From: Candidatus Saccharimonadales bacterium
GTDB lineage: Bacteria > Eisenbacteria > RBG-16-71-46 > JACRLI01
Assembly (NCBI GenBank): GCA_035542815.1
Contig: DATKKS010000005.1
Location: 1-56,917, forward strand
DNA: 56,917 bases
Direction: 5' to 3'
Within the stretch, counting starts at the first letter, position 1. Every line of letters begins with the position of its first letter. The notes beneath the pieces are model-generated. The model saw nothing but the letters and a program-made list of their open reading frames with translations, searched no databases and was not told where the DNA came from. Of this stretch, positions 17,075-25,728 are shown piece by piece. The position numbers were made by a program, and so were the translations under genes.

Positions 17075-20000
17075 ATGCCGCTTCCCGCATTGCCCGGGGC
17101 GCCGGGGTGCCCCCGCATGCCACCGTGTCGCGCGTCGCTGCTCGGTTCCGGCCTCGCAGCCGGAATGATCCTCCTCGCCGGCGCTCCAGCCCGGGCGAAC
17201 TGGACCGCGAGCGGCGTGTGCCAGTACGTGGACCGGGCGGTGGACCGCAGGGGCTTCACCGGGGCCACGCCCCGGCTCCCGATCCGGAACGCCACGGTGC
17301 AGGTTCTCGACGCCGGCACCGGCGACACGCTCGCCCGCGGCGGCACCGACGGCTCCGGGCGGTTCGTCATCCCGGTGCCGGACTCGGCCGTCCGGGACAT
17401 CTCGATCCGGGTGGTCGCCTCGACGTTCGACACCACCCTGCACCAGATCACGGCCATAACCCTTGACGCACTCGGCAGCACCTACGTGCTGCCGGGCCCA
17501 CTGGTGCGCGGGCATCCTCCCTCGGCGGACGTCGCCCTGGGCGCGGAACACCCGATCCTGGCGATGCCCGACAGCCTCGGGCAGGTCTTCAACATCCTGG
17601 ACTGCCTGGAGAACGGCCTCGACTACCTCTCCGCGGTCACCGGCGGCGGCCGCCCGCGCCGGCGGCTTTACGCCCACTGGCATTCCGACTTCTTCGGCGC
17701 CTCGGCCGGGGACGACGGGGTGTACCTGGGCGGCAACGACGGCTACAACGACTGCGTGATCCTCCACGAGGAGGGCCACTTCGTGGAGACCTCCTACATG
17801 GCCCTGGCCTCCACGAACTCGCCGCGGCGAGGCCCTTGCCGGGCGGCGAGGCCGGAGCACTTCGTGACCGAGTACCACCAGGGTCTCGAGGAGGCCTGGT
17901 GGGAAGGCTGGCCCTCGTACTTCGCCCTGGCCACCCGCCGCTGGATGGGCGCGGTGGACGCCACCTGTTTCATCGAGGTCCAGACCATGGACGCCCCGCC
18001 GGGGCTCGTCTTCGCCTATGACGTCGACGGCGTGCAGATCCCGGTGCGGGGTGCGGGCAGCGAGTACAACGTGCAGAAGGTCCTGTGGGACCTGGCCAGC
18101 CTGCCTGCCCCGGGGCGCTCGGGACCGGGGGCCGGCGCCGGCCGTCCCGGCACGCTCGACTCGTTGCTGTGGCACCTGCTGAGCCACGAGCTGTCCACTC
18201 CAAATTGGAGCCTGACGCTGGAGCAGTTCGTGGACGGGTGGATGGCGTCCGGGTATGGCCGGACTGCGGAGCTCTCGAGCATCCTGCTGAGGCGGGACAT
18301 CGAGTTCTTCGCCGACGCCCAGGAGAACGACAGCTGGGCCTCCCGCGCGCGCCCGGTGGAGGTGGATGGGCCGCCGGCGCACCACACGTTCTACCCGAAG
18401 GCCGACGCGGACTGGATCCGGTTCGAGGGCGAGGCCGGGCGGAGCTACCTGGTCGAGGCGACCGATCTGGTCGGGATGCCCGAGCCCGTCCTCGACGTGT
18501 TCGCGCCCGACACCACGGCGCGCCCGCCGGTCGGTGACGAGATGACCGTGGGCGACAGCGTTTCCGCCAGGCCCTTCGAAGCCCGCGCGAGCGGGACCTG
18601 CTACGTGCGGTGCACCCACGGCAGCAACGGCGGCAGCTACGGCTCCTACGACCTCCGCGTGGTCAGCTGCGGCGCCACGCCGGACTATCAGATCCTGCGG
18701 AGCCTCGAGCCCCGAGGGGCGGCGACCGGCCCGCTCATCGCGGCGGGGAATGGCCTGTTCTACGGCCTGGAGCAGGGTGGAGACACCGCGAGTGTGGCGC
18801 GGGTGATCTCCCTGGATTCGTTGGGCAACCGCAACGTGGTGCGGAATTTCAGCTGGCGGGAGGGCGTGCCGACGTGTCTGATCTGGAGTCGCAGCGGCAG
18901 CCTCCTCGGAACGATTGCCAGCTCGGACCTCGGACCTCGAGGCGTGGTGTTCAGGTTGGACCCGTCGGGAGCCTTGACCGTCGTGCGCGCGTTCGCCCGG
19001 TCCGACAGCCTGCGCACTCCCACCGGCCAGCTGGTGGAGGCCTCCAGCGGGCTGCTCTACGGCGAGTCGTCCGACAGCGTCCTGTTCAGCCTCTCGCCCG
19101 GGGGCGTGCTGACGAAGCTGCACCGCTTGACCTACGCGGACGGCGGTGCCGCCTCGAGCCTCGCGGCCGGCGCGGACGGGGCGCTCTATGGCGTCACCGG
19201 GCTCCAGTACTGGCACGATCCGCGGGTCTTCAGGCTGAGGCCGTCGGGGGAGTTCCAGCTGCTGGCCACGTTCCCCCGCGTCGGCGAGGAGCCGGCACTC
19301 ATGAGTACACCGACCGCCGACGGCGCGTTGCTGGGCACAGCGTGGCTCGGAGGGCAGGCCTCGATCTTCGCCCTGGACACGCTCGGGAACGTGACCGTGC
19401 GGCACTCCTTCAGCCCGTGGCAGTACGCGGTGCCTTCGGTGGTGCTCCAGGCATCCGATGGCCGACTGTACGGCATCGGGAGCTACCGGAGCTCCTCGGG
19501 CTGGGTCTTCTCCATCGACTCGGTCGGGAGCGAGGCGCAGCTGCACCTCTTCCCCGATCTCTGGCCCACGGTCCAAAGCGCCGCCGACGCCGACGGGACC
19601 GACCCGACCAGCCTGGTGGACGGCCATGACGGAGGCCTCTACGGGCTCACCCGGGGCGGCGGCGCGGCGGGGGCCGGCGTCTTCTTCCGGGTGGCCCACG
19701 TGCTCGGCGCCGCATGGGTGGCCGCCGGCCGGCCGAGGCTCCGCCCCGGCACGGGCTACGTGGATGTGTCCTGGACGGGTTTCTCGCTGAGCGCCCAGCA
19801 GTACCGCGTGTGGCGGTCCGGCGGCGGGAGCGGCGCGTGGGTGCCGGTCAGCGGGGAGATCCGCGGAGTCTACCTGGGGGATTTCTGCGTCCGCGACACG
19901 ACCGCGCGGCCGTTCTCCTCATACTCCTACAAGCTGGCCAGCCGGGTGCAGGCCGGGGAAGCCTGGACTTACTCGGAGCCGGCCGGCGTGCGGACCGGGG

Positions 20001-20278
20001 GGCCGCTGGCGCTCGGCGTGCCCTTCCCGAACCCCAGCCGCGGCACGGTCCGGCTGGCCTTCCACGCGGTGCCCGGCGCCGCCGTGCGGATCGAGGTCTT
20101 CGACATCCGCGGCGCCAGGGTGCGGACGCTGCTGGACGGGAAGCCGCAGGACTACGAGGGCTCCGTCCTGTGGGACGGCACCGATCGGGCCGGGCGGAGA
20201 GTCCGGAGCGGGGTGTACTTCGCGAGACTCCTGTCGTCGGGGCAGAGCCAGAGCGCCAAGCTGGTGTTGCTGAGATGA
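17075..20278 (+). CDS. Secreted multidomain zinc metalloprotease-like protein with a C-terminal FlgD-Ig/T9SS-type sorting domain
   Basis: Has a signal peptide (the alternative start at 17117 gives MPPCRASLLGSGLAAGMILLAGAPARA). Has a CarboxypepD_reg-like segment (ATVQVLDAGTGDTLARGGTDGSGRFVIP) and an HExxH motif (VILHEEGHFV). Has a pre-peptidase-C-like domain (DADWIRFEGEAGRSYLVEATD). Has repeated GxLYG...G...VF units resembling GloVer/choice-of-anchor repeats. The tail is FPNPSRGTVRLAF...IEVFDIRGARVRTLLDG...SGVYFARL. Confidence 0.8.
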   Translation: MPLPALPGAPGCPRMPPCRASLLGSGLAAGMILLAGAPARANWTASGVCQYVDRAVDRRGFTGATPRLPIRNATVQVLDAGTGDTLARGGTDGSGRFVIPVPDSAVRDISIRVVASTFDTTLHQITAITLDALGSTYVLPGPLVRGHPPSADVALGAEHPILAMPDSLGQVFNILDCLENGLDYLSAVTGGGRPRRRLYAHWHSDFFGASAGDDGVYLGGNDGYNDCVILHEEGHFVETSYMALASTNSPRRGPCRAARPEHFVTEYHQGLEEAWWEGWPSYFALATRRWMGAVDATCFIEVQTMDAPPGLVFAYDVDGVQIPVRGAGSEYNVQKVLWDLASLPAPGRSGPGAGAGRPGTLDSLLWHLLSHELSTPNWSLTLEQFVDGWMASGYGRTAELSSILLRRDIEFFADAQENDSWASRARPVEVDGPPAHHTFYPKADADWIRFEGEAGRSYLVEATDLVGMPEPVLDVFAPDTTARPPVGDEMTVGDSVSARPFEARASGTCYVRCTHGSNGGSYGSYDLRVVSCGATPDYQILRSLEPRGAATGPLIAAGNGLFYGLEQGGDTASVARVISLDSLGNRNVVRNFSWREGVPTCLIWSRSGSLLGTIASSDLGPRGVVFRLDPSGALTVVRAFARSDSLRTPTGQLVEASSGLLYGESSDSVLFSLSPGGVLTKLHRLTYADGGAASSLAAGADGALYGVTGLQYWHDPRVFRLRPSGEFQLLATFPRVGEEPALMSTPTADGALLGTAWLGGQASIFALDTLGNVTVRHSFSPWQYAVPSVVLQASDGRLYGIGSYRSSSGWVFSIDSVGSEAQLHLFPDLWPTVQSAADADGTDPTSLVDGHDGGLYGLTRGGGAAGAGVFFRVAHVLGAAWVAAGRPRLRPGTGYVDVSWTGFSLSAQQYRVWRSGGGSGAWVPVSGEIRGVYLGDFCVRDTTARPFSSYSYKLASRVQAGEAWTYSEPAGVRTGGPLALGVPFPNPSRGTVRLAFHAVPGAAVRIEVFDIRGARVRTLLDGKPQDYEGSVLWDGTDRAGRRVRSGVYFARLLSSGQSQSAKLVLLR

Positions 20279-20287
20279 TCTGAACGG

Positions 20288-21415
20288 CTACCCCGGCCCC
20301 AGAATCCCCCGGTACACCGCCTCGTACGCCGCCACCATGCGCGCCGGGTCGTACCGCTCCGCCGCGGCCCGCCGCCCGCTCGCGCCGGCGGAGGCGCGCA
20401 GCTGCGGGTCGCCGGCCAGGCGCTCCAGGTGGCCCACCAGGGCTTCCAGGTCGCCGCGCGGGAACAGGAAGCCGGTCCCTTCGACCGCCTCCACGTTCCC
20501 GCCCACCGCGCTCGCCACCACCGGCAGCCCGGCCGCCTGGTATTCCAGGATCGCGTTCGAGAAGCTCTCGCCGTCCGAGGTGAGGCACGCGATGTCCATG
20601 GCCGCCAGCCAGCCGGCCACGTCCGCGGTGAGCCCCGGGGTGAGCAGCGCGCCGGCCAGCCCGGCGCGGGCCGCGAAGGCGTCCATGCGCGCCTGGTCGT
20701 CGGGGCGGATCTCCCCCACCACCGCGAAGCGCGTGCGCGGGCGGCTCCGGTGCAGGCGCGCGGCCGCCTCCAGGAACAGCTCCACGTTCTTCTCGGGCCG
20801 CACGTGCGCCACCATCCCCACCAGCAGCTCGTCCTCGGCCAGCCCCAGCGCGGCGCGCCGCTCCCGGCGCAGCTCCGGCGTGACCCGCCCCATCCGCGCC
20901 GGGTCCACCCCGTTGTGGATCACCTCGATGCGCCCCGGGGGGATGCCCTCGCTGCGGGCGATGGCCTCCCGGGTGGCCTGGCTGTTGGCCACGTAGCGGG
21001 CGGTGATGTGCCGGAGGAGGCGGAAGGTGCGCGCGAAGCGGCGGTTGTTCCAGTAGGCGGGGCCCAGGTTGCGCCGGCAGGCCACCACCGGCACCCCCGC
21101 CAGCCACCCGGCCAGCGCCCCGGCCACGAAGGCGTCGTCGAAGTAGGTCTGCACCAGGCGGATGCGGTGCTGGCGGAGGTACCGCCGCAGCCGCCACATC
21201 CGGCGCACGCCGTCCAGCGACGCCAGCCGCGTGAGCCCCAGCAACAGCGGCGGGGGCTCCAGCCGCAGCTCCCGCAGCCACGGGGTGTCCTGCAGGCACG
21301 CCAGGTGGACGCGGTAGCGGCCCGGATCCAGCCCCCGCAGCAGCATCAGCAGCTGCCCCTCGGTGCCGCCGTGGGCGGTGTCAATGTAGTCGATGATGAA
21401 CAGCAGCTCGGTCAT
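20288..21415 (-). CDS. Family 4 (GT-B) glycosyltransferase
   Basis: ATG at 21415 gives MTELLFIIDYIDTAHGGTEGQLL. The C-terminal block LTSDGESFSNAILEYQAAGLPVVASAVGGNVEAV is an EX7E-type motif. The upstream 250 codons of the track ORF were rejected. Confidence 0.88.
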   Translation of the reverse strand: MTELLFIIDYIDTAHGGTEGQLLMLLRGLDPGRYRVHLACLQDTPWLRELRLEPPPLLLGLTRLASLDGVRRMWRLRRYLRQHRIRLVQTYFDDAFVAGALAGWLAGVPVVACRRNLGPAYWNNRRFARTFRLLRHITARYVANSQATREAIARSEGIPPGRIEVIHNGVDPARMGRVTPELRRERRAALGLAEDELLVGMVAHVRPEKNVELFLEAAARLHRSRPRTRFAVVGEIRPDDQARMDAFAARAGLAGALLTPGLTADVAGWLAAMDIACLTSDGESFSNAILEYQAAGLPVVASAVGGNVEAVEGTGFLFPRGDLEALVGHLERLAGDPQLRASAGASGRRAAAERYDPARMVAAYEAVYRGILGPG

Positions 21416-21471
21416 GGGCCTTGGGCACCCCGCGCCGGACGGGCCGCGCGATGCGCGGCCCCGCCGGCGAT

Positions 21472-22185
21472 CTACTCCAGCCGCTTGAGCCGCCGCCGCA
21501 GGACCAGCAGCCCCAGTGCCAGCCACGCCAGCGCCGCGGCGGCCGCCCCGCCCAGCAGCGGTCCCGGCGCGGGCACCGGTCCCCCGCCCACCGCCGCCAG
21601 CATCGCCCGGTGCAGCCCGGTGAACGGCAGCACCGACGCCACCGCGGCGCGCAGCGGCGAGTCGGCCGCCGGGGTGTAGGCGCCCGCCAGGAACAGCAGC
21701 GGCAGCAACGCCACCAGCGCGTACAGCGGCACCTCGCCGCGCGAGCCGGCCGCGGCCGCCGCGGCCACCCCCACCAGGTCCGCCAGCAGCAGCGCCGGCA
21801 CCGCGGCCACCAGCAGCTCGCCGAACGCCCCCGGCGCGCAGCGGTAGCGGGCGGCCACCGCCAGCAGGAGCGGCAGCACCCGCACCCAGTCCAGCGCCAC
21901 CTGCGCCAGCAGGGTCTCCACGAACAGCCGGTAGGGCGAGGCCGGCGTGGCCAGCAGCCGCCCCATCAGGCCCTCGCGCCGGAGGCCCGCGGCGCGCCGC
22001 CCGGCGACCAGCGCCCCGGTGAGCACCGCCAGCGTGGTGTACGCGGCAGCCGCGTGCAGCGCCGGCGGGTTCGCGCCCAGCAGCGGCAGCGCCACCGCCA
22101 TGGGCACCACCATCCCCAGCAGCAGCGAGCCGCGCCGCACCCGCAGCTCCAGCAGCTCGCGCCGCCACACCCCTACCGGCAGCAT
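21472..22185 (-). CDS. ABC-2-type transporter permease-like membrane protein
   Basis: 237 aa with about 6 hydrophobic segments. It sits directly downstream of the ABC ATPase-like gene. Confidence 0.6.
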   Translation of the reverse strand: MLPVGVWRRELLELRVRRGSLLLGMVVPMAVALPLLGANPPALHAAAAYTTLAVLTGALVAGRRAAGLRREGLMGRLLATPASPYRLFVETLLAQVALDWVRVLPLLLAVAARYRCAPGAFGELLVAAVPALLLADLVGVAAAAAAGSRGEVPLYALVALLPLLFLAGAYTPAADSPLRAAVASVLPFTGLHRAMLAAVGGGPVPAPGPLLGGAAAAALAWLALGLLVLRRRLKRLE

Positions 22186-22261
22186 CGCTCCCCCTCCGCG
22201 CGGCCGCGCCCGCCGCGGCCCGCGGCGGGCCGCCCTCCGCCGGCCGGCCCCGGGCGCGCGC

Positions 22262-23326
22262 TCACGCGTCCGCCTCCAGGCGCAGCCCGGCGTGGCGCAG
22301 GTACACGTCGCCCAGGTTCGGCCGCCCCACGTGCAGGTTCACCAGCTCCCCGCCGGCGCGGGCCACCTGGGCCACCACCGCGTCCAGGGCGCTGCCGCCG
22401 CGGCGCAGCAGCAGCGCCAGGGTGGTGTGGTCGGCGGCCACCTGGACCACGCCCGGCAGGGCCCGGAACGGCTCCGGCTCCACCGGCAGGGCCAGCTCGC
22501 AGGTCACCTGCACGTGTCCTTCCAGCTCGGCCATCAGCTCCTCGCGCGTGCCCAGCGCCAGCACCCGGCCGCGGTGCAGCACGGCCACGCGGTGGCACAG
22601 GGCCTCGGCCTCCGCGGCGCTGGAGGTGGCCAGCACCACCGCCGCACCGCGCGCGGCCGCCGCGGCGATGACGTGCCGCGCCGCGATCTCCGAGTTGTAG
22701 CCCAGCCCGCGCCCCGGCTGGTCCAGCAGCACCAGCTCGGGGCCGTGCGCCAGCGCCTCCAGCAGCGACAGCCGCCGCCGCGCGTCGGCGTCCAGGGTGG
22801 CCACCGGCAGGTCGCGCTCCCCGCGCAGCTCCAGCTCGTCGAACAGGCCGTCCACGCGCGGCAGCAGCCGCTCCCGCGGCGCGCCGTGCAGGCTCCCGAT
22901 GAAATAGGCGTTGTGGAAGCCGGACAGCGCGGGGAAGTGGGCGTCGCGCTCCAGCTGCAAGCCGATGCGCCGCCGCTGCGCGCGGCGCCCGGCGCGGCCG
23001 GCCTGGCCGAACAGCACCACCTGGCCGGTACCCGGCTCCAGCAGCCCGGCCAGCAGCCGCAGCAGCGTGGTGCGCCCCGAGCCGGGCGGGCCCAAGAGCC
23101 CCAGCACCTCCCTGGCCCGCACCGCCAGGCTGACCTCCTCCACCCCGCGCCCGCTGCGGTACAGCCGGGAGACCCGCTCCAGCGCCGCCACCGGCTCGGG
23201 CGCGGGAGCCGCGGCCGGCGCCGCCATCGCGGCGGGCTCCGCCTCGCCGGCGGCTTCGGTGGGAACCGCCGCGGCCGGTTCCGGCCCGGCGGCGCCCTCG
23301 GCTTCCAGGTCCTTGCGGCGGCCCAT
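22262..23326 (-). CDS. ABC transporter ATPase-like protein with degenerate catalytic motifs
   Basis: The ABC fold is recognisable, with GLLGPPGSGRTTLLRLLAGLL, a Q-loop IGLQLE and LVLLDQPGRGLG. However, the Walker A Lys is Arg, the signature is LDADA, the Walker B Glu is Gln and the H-loop His is absent. The start is uncertain (23326 or the internal MAAP). Confidence 0.72.
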   Translation of the reverse strand: MGRRKDLEAEGAAGPEPAAAVPTEAAGEAEPAAMAAPAAAPAPEPVAALERVSRLYRSGRGVEEVSLAVRAREVLGLLGPPGSGRTTLLRLLAGLLEPGTGQVVLFGQAGRAGRRAQRRRIGLQLERDAHFPALSGFHNAYFIGSLHGAPRERLLPRVDGLFDELELRGERDLPVATLDADARRRLSLLEALAHGPELVLLDQPGRGLGYNSEIAARHVIAAAAARGAAVVLATSSAAEAEALCHRVAVLHRGRVLALGTREELMAELEGHVQVTCELALPVEPEPFRALPGVVQVAADHTTLALLLRRGGSALDAVVAQVARAGGELVNLHVGRPNLGDVYLRHAGLRLEADA

Positions 23327-23332
23327 GCGCGC

Positions 23333-24376
23333 CTAGCCGAGTTCCGCCGCCATCACCGAGCGGATCGCGCGGCGCACCTGCGCCCGCGCCGCCGGCGGCA
23401 GCGGCCCCTCGCCCCAGCGGCGGCAGGCGCCCAGGGCGGCGATCAGCGTGGCGCACGCCTGCCCGCAGCTGGGGCAGCCCGCGACGTGGGACTCCATGCG
23501 CGCGCACACCTCGGGGCTGAGCTCCCCCTCGAGGTAGCGGCTGAGCATGCGCGCGGTGTCCGGGCAGCGCCCCGCCGGAGCGCCCACCCGGGAGGCGGCC
23601 GGGAGCGCGGAGCGCGCGCCCGCCGCTAGGGCGCGCCGCGGCCCGCGCCCGCGGCCCGCGGCGGGCAGGCCCTCGCCGCGCAGGTAGGGGGCCAGCGTGC
23701 GGCGCAGGGACAGGCGCGCGCGGTGCAGGCGGGACTTCACCGCGCGCTCCCCCAGGCCCAGCGCGCGGCCCACCTCGGCCGCCGGCAGGCCTTCGACGTC
23801 GCGCAGCATCAGCACCTGGCGCTGCGCCTCGGGCAGGCTCCCGATCGCCCGTTCCAGCACCTCGCGCAGCTCCCGGTGCTCCAGCTGCTCGTGCGGGCCG
23901 TGCCCCGGGTCCGCCACCTGCAGGCCGCCGCCCTCGTCCCCCCCGGACGCGTCCAGCGGCTCCATCGAAGCCGGGGCCCGCGCCGCGCTCCGGCGGTGCC
24001 GGATGCACGCGTTCCGAGCCACGGTGTAGGCCCACGTGGTGAGCGCGGCCTCGCCGCGGAAGTCCTTGAGGCTGCGGGCCAGGGCCGTGAGCACCCGCTG
24101 CAGCACCTCCTCGGCGTCCTCGGCGTTGCGGCAGAAGCCCTGCGCGAAGCGGTAGATGGGTCGGGACAGGCCGTCCAGCAGCCGGCGCAGCGCCCCGGCG
24201 TCCCCGCCCCGGGCGGCCGCCACCAACTGGCGCTCCTCGGCCGCGCCGAGCCCGCCCCGCCGCCCCGCGGCGCGCGCGCCGGCGCCGGCCTGAAAGGCCC
24301 GGATCGCGACCGCCCCGGCGGGGCCGGCGGCGCCCCCGAATCCTTTTCCGGCGGACTGACCCTTACTGGATGACAT
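23333..24376 (-). CDS. ECF sigma-70 factor fused to a C-terminal zinc-binding anti-sigma (zf-HC2/ZAS) domain
   Basis: Region 2 is AEDAEEVLQRVLTALARSLKDFRGEAALTTWAYTVARNACIRHRR. Region 4 is LPEAQRQVLMLRDVEGLPAAEVGRALGLGERAVKSRLHRARLSL. The C-terminus CPDTARMLSRYLEGELSPEVCARMESHVAGCPSC contains HxxxCxxC. ATG at 24376. Confidence 0.85.
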   Translation of the reverse strand: MSSSKGQSAGKGFGGAAGPAGAVAIRAFQAGAGARAAGRRGGLGAAEERQLVAAARGGDAGALRRLLDGLSRPIYRFAQGFCRNAEDAEEVLQRVLTALARSLKDFRGEAALTTWAYTVARNACIRHRRSAARAPASMEPLDASGGDEGGGLQVADPGHGPHEQLEHRELREVLERAIGSLPEAQRQVLMLRDVEGLPAAEVGRALGLGERAVKSRLHRARLSLRRTLAPYLRGEGLPAAGRGRGPRRALAAGARSALPAASRVGAPAGRCPDTARMLSRYLEGELSPEVCARMESHVAGCPSCGQACATLIAALGACRRWGEGPLPPAARAQVRRAIRSVMAAELG

Positions 24377-24411
24377 GCCCGGGTCCGGCTCCTTGGTTCG
24401 TCGGAGGTAAC

Positions 24412-25728
24412 TTGAAGACCGCCAGCATCCTATCAGACATCGCCGGGCTTCTGACAGCCCTGGCCGTGAGCGCCGCACCGGCGGCCGCCGAGCCCTGGAC
24501 GCTCCCGCGCGTGCTGGATGCGGTGCGGACCGCCGACCCCGCGGTGCGCGCCGCGCGGGCCATGGGCGACGCCGGCCGGGCGCAGGGCGCTGCCGCGTGG
24601 GGCGGGCTGTCGCCGCAGCTGCGGCTGGCGGCCAGCGCGGTGCGCGGCGACGACCCCGCGCTGCTGTTCTCCGAGAAGCTGTGGCAGGGGCGCTTCAGCG
24701 CCGCCGATTTCGACCTCGGGGCGCTCAACCACCCGCCGGCCGCCACCGCCTACCAGTACGGCCTGGTCCTGGAGCAGCCCATCTTCAACGGCGCGGCCGA
24801 GGTCACCGCCCCGGCCCTGGCCGGGCACCTGCGGCGGGCCGCCGCGGGCGGCGAGGACGCCGCGGTAAGCGGGCTCCTCCTGCGCGCCGCCGAGACCTAC
24901 GCCGGCGCGCTGCGCGCGCAACGCGCCCTGGAAGCGGACTCGCTGGCGCTGGCGGCCGCCGCGGAACAGCGCACCGCCGCGGTCGCCCGCTTCCGCACCG
25001 GCCAGGTCCCCGAGCTGGACACGCTGCTGGCCGCGGCGCGCCTGGCCGGGGCCCGGGCCGCCTGGCTGGGGCGCCGGGCCGAATCGGACGTGGCCCTGGA
25101 GCGGCTCTCCGGCCTGGTGGGCGCGCGGGTGCTGGCGGGCGAGCTGGCCGGGCCGGCCGAGGAGTCCGCACCGATCCCGGCCGGCGCGGCCGGCGAGCGC
25201 GGGGAGGTGCGGGCCGCCCGCGAGCGCGCCGCGGCCCTCGGGCTGGAGAGCCGGCGGGCGGGGCTGCGGCTGCTGCCCGCGGTGAACTCCCGGGTCACGC
25301 TGAACTGGTACCGCGACGCCGGTCAGGGCCCCGCGGAGCGGCGCTGGATGGCCAGCGTGGCGCTGGACTTCCCGGTGTGGGACGGCGCGCGCCGGCTGCA
25401 CGAGTGGCGCGCCGCGCAGGCCCAGGCGCGCCAGGCCCAGGCCGACGCGGAGGCGCTGGCGCGCGACCTGGAAGTGAACGCGGCGGGCGCCCGCGCCGAG
25501 CTGGAGGTGGCCCCGGAGCGGCTGGCCGCCGCGCGCCTGGGGCGCGCCGCCGGGGAAGAGGCGCTGCGCTTCGCGCAGGACCGGTACCGCGCCGGGCTGC
25601 TGCCGCTGGGCGAGCTGCTGGCCGCCGACGCCCAGGCCGCCCGGGCGCGCCAGGAGGAAGTCGAGGCTTCGGTCCAGGTGGTGCTCGCGCGCTGCCGCTA
25701 CTTGTACGCAATCGGGGAGCTGCGATGA
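24412..25728 (+). CDS. TolC-family outer-membrane efflux protein
   Basis: Shows a two-repeat coiled/beta pattern and a C-terminal RYRAGLLPLGELLAADAQ...RCRYLYAIGEL. The TTG at 24412 after GGAGG gives a clean signal peptide ending AAPAAA/EPW. An in-frame ATG at 24370 is the alternative start. Confidence 0.82.
   Translation: MKTASILSDIAGLLTALAVSAAPAAAEPWTLPRVLDAVRTADPAVRAARAMGDAGRAQGAAAWGGLSPQLRLAASAVRGDDPALLFSEKLWQGRFSAADFDLGALNHPPAATAYQYGLVLEQPIFNGAAEVTAPALAGHLRRAAAGGEDAAVSGLLLRAAETYAGALRAQRALEADSLALAAAAEQRTAAVARFRTGQVPELDTLLAAARLAGARAAWLGRRAESDVALERLSGLVGARVLAGELAGPAEESAPIPAGAAGERGEVRAARERAAALGLESRRAGLRLLPAVNSRVTLNWYRDAGQGPAERRWMASVALDFPVWDGARRLHEWRAAQAQARQAQADAEALARDLEVNAAGARAELEVAPERLAAARLGRAAGEEALRFAQDRYRAGLLPLGELLAADAQAARARQEEVEASVQVVLARCRYLYAIGELR

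Noticed and set aside
14633-19699. A 1688-aa minus-strand ORF.
   Set aside because: It spans three convincingly coding genes on either strand (DegT, DHS-like and the metalloprotease). It has the same R/A/G/P-rich composition and no motifs, so it is a GC artefact.
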